From positions 1,322 through 65,321 of the forward strand of contig JBBSBD010000003.1 of the NCBI GenBank assembly GCA_038251675.1: a DNA stretch of 64,000 nucleotides, written 5' to 3'. Source of the DNA: Chitinophagales bacterium. GTDB taxonomy: Bacteria > Bacteroidota > Bacteroidia > Chitinophagales > Chitinophagaceae. Below the pieces are notes generated by a model. The model was not told where the DNA came from, did no database searches, and saw only the letters and a list, made by a program, of their open reading frames with translations. The translations under genes and the position numbers were made by a program. Positions 60,435 through 64,000 of the stretch are shown here, in pieces. Each line of letters begins with the position of its first letter. The stretch's first letter is position 1.

Positions 60435-61385
60435 ATGCACATGACCACGAAACCCACATTCTGGCAACGTACCGGTGTACAGAGTTGGTTTCTTAAAAAG
60501 GAACCCGGAGTTACTGAAACGGCTTCTATGACCCCGGATCTTGTATACAAATATATTATTGAAAAATTCCGGGAATCTGTAGCCGAGCTTTCATTTGCAG
60601 ACCGGATAATATTTTATCACGAATATATTATCTGCTTCAGCCCTCCCGATTACAATAAGTTTATGGATAATAACAGGGGTATATTTTCCCTGATTATAAA
60701 AGAATCCGTAAAAGCATTCTATAACATCTTGCAGGAATACCGGCAAAAAGGTAAGAAAGTTACCGCCTCGGCAAATAAATGGGTGTTCCGCTTTGTATCG
60801 CACCCAGACTATGAAAAAGGAGATAAAAGTTTTATCGGGAAACTGTTGCCAGGTAACATACACAAAAAGGAAGAAAATCTGCGGGTTACTTTCATTCCGC
60901 GTCAAACAGGTATCGCCCAAACATTTGACATTGCCGACGAAATATTAAAAGACTTTACTTATTACAGTGATGGCTATTACGAGATTCCGTGGCAGGACTC
61001 GCTTGTATTAGGTGATGTAAATGATGCCAGCAAGCCGAAATATTTTGCACGCCTCGAAGCTACCCTTCCTGAAAAAGAATACGCAGGTAAAAAACTGGAA
61101 TATCTCATAAAAGACGAGGCGTTTCTTGTAAGCGGTATCGATGAAAAGATAGGCCAGCATGGAGTTTTTCGCATTCCGTCCGAGTGGGTTTCTACGCCAC
61201 ATCTATCCGTTCGCTATGATAAGGCAGCAGATAAATTCTTCCTCGCTTCTTTTGGGGAAAAAACCATTGTGAATGAAAATGAAATAAAAAACAGCTATAA
61301 AGATGCACCTCTATGGACAGATCTTCCTATGAATTCGAGGATCGTATTGAATGGAATCGTATCTATAAACATCTTCAAGGTTTAA
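60435..61385 (+). CDS. FhaA-like protein: DUF3662-like N-domain plus degenerate FHA-like C-domain
   Basis: TPD...RIIFYHEYIICFSPPDY resembles the FhaA N-domain; VSTPH and TIVNE resemble FHA motifs; upstream of PP2C. Confidence 0.55.
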   Translation: MHMTTKPTFWQRTGVQSWFLKKEPGVTETASMTPDLVYKYIIEKFRESVAELSFADRIIFYHEYIICFSPPDYNKFMDNNRGIFSLIIKESVKAFYNILQEYRQKGKKVTASANKWVFRFVSHPDYEKGDKSFIGKLLPGNIHKKEENLRVTFIPRQTGIAQTFDIADEILKDFTYYSDGYYEIPWQDSLVLGDVNDASKPKYFARLEATLPEKEYAGKKLEYLIKDEAFLVSGIDEKIGQHGVFRIPSEWVSTPHLSVRYDKAADKFFLASFGEKTIVNENEIKNSYKDAPLWTDLPMNSRIVLNGIVSINIFKV

Positions 61386-61386
61386 C

Positions 61387-61482
61387 ATGGACAAACTTTT
61401 AGCGATAGGATTATTGGTGATCAGCATTGTTTTATTGGTGGCTCATTTTTCCGACATTAAGCAAACACACAAAAATGGCTGA
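61387..61482 (+). CDS. 31-aa single-pass membrane microprotein (not in ORF track)
   Basis: MDKLLAIGLLVISIVLLVAHFSDIKQTHKNG*; starts 1 nt after the upstream stop and overlaps the PP2C ATG by 8 nt. Confidence 0.55.
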   Translation: MDKLLAIGLLVISIVLLVAHFSDIKQTHKNG

Positions 61483-62866
61483 AAACTTTTATGGAATAAC
61501 AGATAAGGGCAAACGCCGGGAAAAAAACGAGGATACATTCTTTGCCCGTGAAACTGCCGATAAGCGATTTATCGTGGCCGGCGTGATAGATGGCGTGGGC
61601 GGCTACACCGGCGGCGATGTTGCTGCAGGAATCGCCCGTTCTGTTATCATGAAAAACCTTGAAAGTGTTTCAGAAGATATTATTAATACACTTCGCGACG
61701 CGATAGTCGCTGCAAACGTGGAAATAAACGAAGAAAAAAAAGAAGAACCCGGTATTGATCAAATGGCTTGTGTGTTGACCTGCGTAGTGGCTGATGTAAA
61801 AAACAACAAATGCTGGTATGCCCATGTAGGTGATACAAGAATTTACCTGTTCAGAGATCACTCTTTGGTAAAAATTTCCAGGGATCATTCAGTAGTCGGA
61901 TTCCTGGAAGAATCAGGACGGCTATCAGAAGAAGAGGCTATGCGCCATCCGAGGCGTAATGAGATTAATAAAGCGCTGGGGTTCGAGGAAGACATAAGTG
62001 TAATGGAAGATTTTATTGAGACGGGTGAATCGCCCTTTCTTCCGGGAGATGTGCTTTTATTGTGCAGTGACGGCCTTACTGATATGATCAATTCGGGCAC
62101 CATTACGCAGGTATTAAATGCAAAGAAAAGTCTTGCTTCAAAAGCAAAGGCGCTGGTAGATGCTGCAAATGAAGCTGGAGGAAATGACAATATAACAGCA
62201 GTGCTGATTGAAAATAATAATTGGCCTAAACAAAAACAAAAGCCGGTAAACGTTGAAAGAAGAAAACACGAAATCATTGCACCCGCAACGACTGCCGAAC
62301 CAGTCGCTACAAGTGATACCAAGCCTGCCAAAAAAAGGGGCAGCAGGCTGGTCGCATTCATAATCATTTTGCTAATTGGAGTCGCAGCAGTTTCGCTCAC
62401 GGTCGCTTTTAATAAAAACAAAAAGCCAGTCGTAAGAAATAATATCCCGTTACAAATGCCGAAGCAAAAAGATGAACAACTCATTCAACTGATCTCACAT
62501 GTAAATGATTCATCTAAAAAATTTGTATTGTCTCAGCAACAAAAAATTTCTGACATAAGTGAACCGCTAATAGTTGCAAAAGATAGTTTTTACCTCGCTG
62601 GAAACGGTGCTGTTTTTACCGCTGATAGTTTGTATAAAGGAGCCGCTTTTATTATCAATCCCACCGCCAAACATATAGTGCTGGATAGCCTTGTATTCCA
62701 AAATTTCGATGTGGGTATTATAGTACAGAAGAATAATATAACGTTCAGTAATGTACGCTTCATTAATTGCCGCATACCTGTGCAATACATAGTCTCGCTT
62801 CCCGATTCAATAATATCCGGCAGATTTAAAGACTCCATATTTATCAACCAAACAAAATCCAAATAA
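61475..62866 (+). CDS. Membrane-anchored PP2C (PPM) Ser/Thr phosphatase with extracytoplasmic domain
   Basis: TDKG.RR.KNED, DGVGG, HVGDTR.Y, DHS, HP.RN, LCSDGL, GG.DNIT; TM helix RLVAFIIILLIGVAAVSLTVAF; start at MAENF. Confidence 0.93.
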   Translation: MAENFYGITDKGKRREKNEDTFFARETADKRFIVAGVIDGVGGYTGGDVAAGIARSVIMKNLESVSEDIINTLRDAIVAANVEINEEKKEEPGIDQMACVLTCVVADVKNNKCWYAHVGDTRIYLFRDHSLVKISRDHSVVGFLEESGRLSEEEAMRHPRRNEINKALGFEEDISVMEDFIETGESPFLPGDVLLLCSDGLTDMINSGTITQVLNAKKSLASKAKALVDAANEAGGNDNITAVLIENNNWPKQKQKPVNVERRKHEIIAPATTAEPVATSDTKPAKKRGSRLVAFIIILLIGVAAVSLTVAFNKNKKPVVRNNIPLQMPKQKDEQLIQLISHVNDSSKKFVLSQQQKISDISEPLIVAKDSFYLAGNGAVFTADSLYKGAAFIINPTAKHIVLDSLVFQNFDVGIIVQKNNITFSNVRFINCRIPVQYIVSLPDSIISGRFKDSIFINQTKSK

Positions 62867-62870
62867 GGAT

Positions 62871-64000
62871 ATGTCAAATTCCGGTGCATGGTTTAAGAAC
62901 AGAAAGGCAGAGCGCATTTGCCTGTTGCTTATTGGAATTATTATGAGCTTGCTTTTCTGGAAACTGTACACTGTTTTACAACGTGATTTTGCCGAAGTTG
63001 AAACGCGTATAGGTAATGGCACCATGATTAACCTCAACACCGGCAGGCCTGGGGAATCCATGACTGAAGTATTAAAGAAAGGGATGTATTTCGAAGATCC
63101 AAAAGACATTGCTTTTATTGCTGCTACGATGGCCACGGCAAAAGGTGATGGCTCAGTCATGGAAAATATCGGCACATTAAATAAGAATCAATATTTTGTA
63201 AATGCCGACGAAGCCTTTGCAAAAGGTGGAGCATCTTTCAAAAGACGGGTACTGTTATCAAGGGAATTGTTGGGATTTTCCGGTGATGATTCCACTTCAT
63301 TTGAAAAGGAGAGAAAACATCCATTACAGGTTGCTGCTCAGACTAACGTTGATTTAGGCACGGACAATATTTCGGGTACTGTTAAAAGCGAGGACGGACG
63401 GCCCGCTACCGGAGTTTTACTCAGGTTGCGAATGTTGGTGCCGCAAGACAGCGTAACTGCATCCGGTGGTGGTGATAATAATATCATTCAATTTAAAAAC
63501 GGAACAAGGAAAATATTTGTTCGCGACTCTGCGAAAAATCTTCAGTTGATTTCATTCAACGCCTACGCCCGAACAGATGCTTCAGGCAATTATGTTTTTT
63601 CCGGCTTGTCTGCAAATAAGTCTTATGAAATACTCCCACTGCATCCTGGATATGAGTTTGGCCGCTCAAGAGGTGTTGAAAAATTGCAGGGCAATGCAAC
63701 ATTTAATTTTACTGAATCGCTTCATAAAATGCGGCTTTTCTCTGCAAAGGATTTTAATACGCTAAAAAAAGAAAAAGCATTCATAGTACGTACACCCGGC
63801 GAAGTAACAGATTGGTTTCGCATTATAGTAATTACATTTTTTGCATCATTCTTTTTATTGCACCTCATCTTCTCTATACATTCACCGCGTACCGACCAGT
63901 TGCTTCTTCCTGTGGTCATGATATTGACAGGCCTTTCTTTTATAACCTTATTCAGCTTGCAGGATCCTTTACGTGATCGCTTCCTGGTGAAAAGCACTTT
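62871..64000 (+). CDS. FtsW/RodA/SpoVE (SEDS)-like protein with large N-terminal extracytoplasmic domain, partial (runs off window; absent from ORF track)
   Basis: Hand translation is open from ATG 62871 to the window end: N-terminal TM, ISGTV..G.P..GV / TDASGNYVFSGL Ig-like domain, then TM and DQLLLPVVMILTGL resembling the actinobacterial RodA N-terminus. Confidence 0.7.
   Translation, partial: MSNSGAWFKNRKAERICLLLIGIIMSLLFWKLYTVLQRDFAEVETRIGNGTMINLNTGRPGESMTEVLKKGMYFEDPKDIAFIAATMATAKGDGSVMENIGTLNKNQYFVNADEAFAKGGASFKRRVLLSRELLGFSGDDSTSFEKERKHPLQVAAQTNVDLGTDNISGTVKSEDGRPATGVLLRLRMLVPQDSVTASGGGDNNIIQFKNGTRKIFVRDSAKNLQLISFNAYARTDASGNYVFSGLSANKSYEILPLHPGYEFGRSRGVEKLQGNATFNFTESLHKMRLFSAKDFNTLKKEKAFIVRTPGEVTDWFRIIVITFFASFFLLHLIFSIHSPRTDQLLLPVVMILTGLSFITLFSLQDPLRDRFLVKST

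Overview
AT-rich chromosomal window from a Bacteroidota genome, probably Chitinophagaceae-like. This is inferred from SusC/SusD pairs, a T9SS cargo protein, a fused ccoNO gene and TAnnTTTG promoters. In order it holds: the S10-spc ribosomal protein cluster (rpsJ to the start of rpsE, 1-9.1 kb); housekeeping genes (aroE, comA, TPR protein, yidC, rplY, prs, radC); two tandem SusC/SusD pairs separated by a truncated SusC remnant; a cbb3 oxidase cluster with repeated paired FNR-like boxes; tRNA-Thr(CGT) and dps; and an accessory block (TIGR03032-like protein with an FG-GAP T9SS protein, DUF1501/PSCyt pair). The most striking locus is 58.2-64 kb. A ParM/StbA-like actin-fold ATPase there appears circularly permuted: its phosphate-1 motif IGIDLGNATT lies at the extreme C-terminus. 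It is paired with a bactofilin. Downstream come an FhaA-like protein, an unannotated 31-aa membrane microprotein, a membrane PP2C phosphatase and a RodA/FtsW-like protein with a large extra N-terminal domain, an order reminiscent of the actinobacterial fhaA-pstP-rodA locus. All family calls come from motif recognition by eye; no database searches were run.
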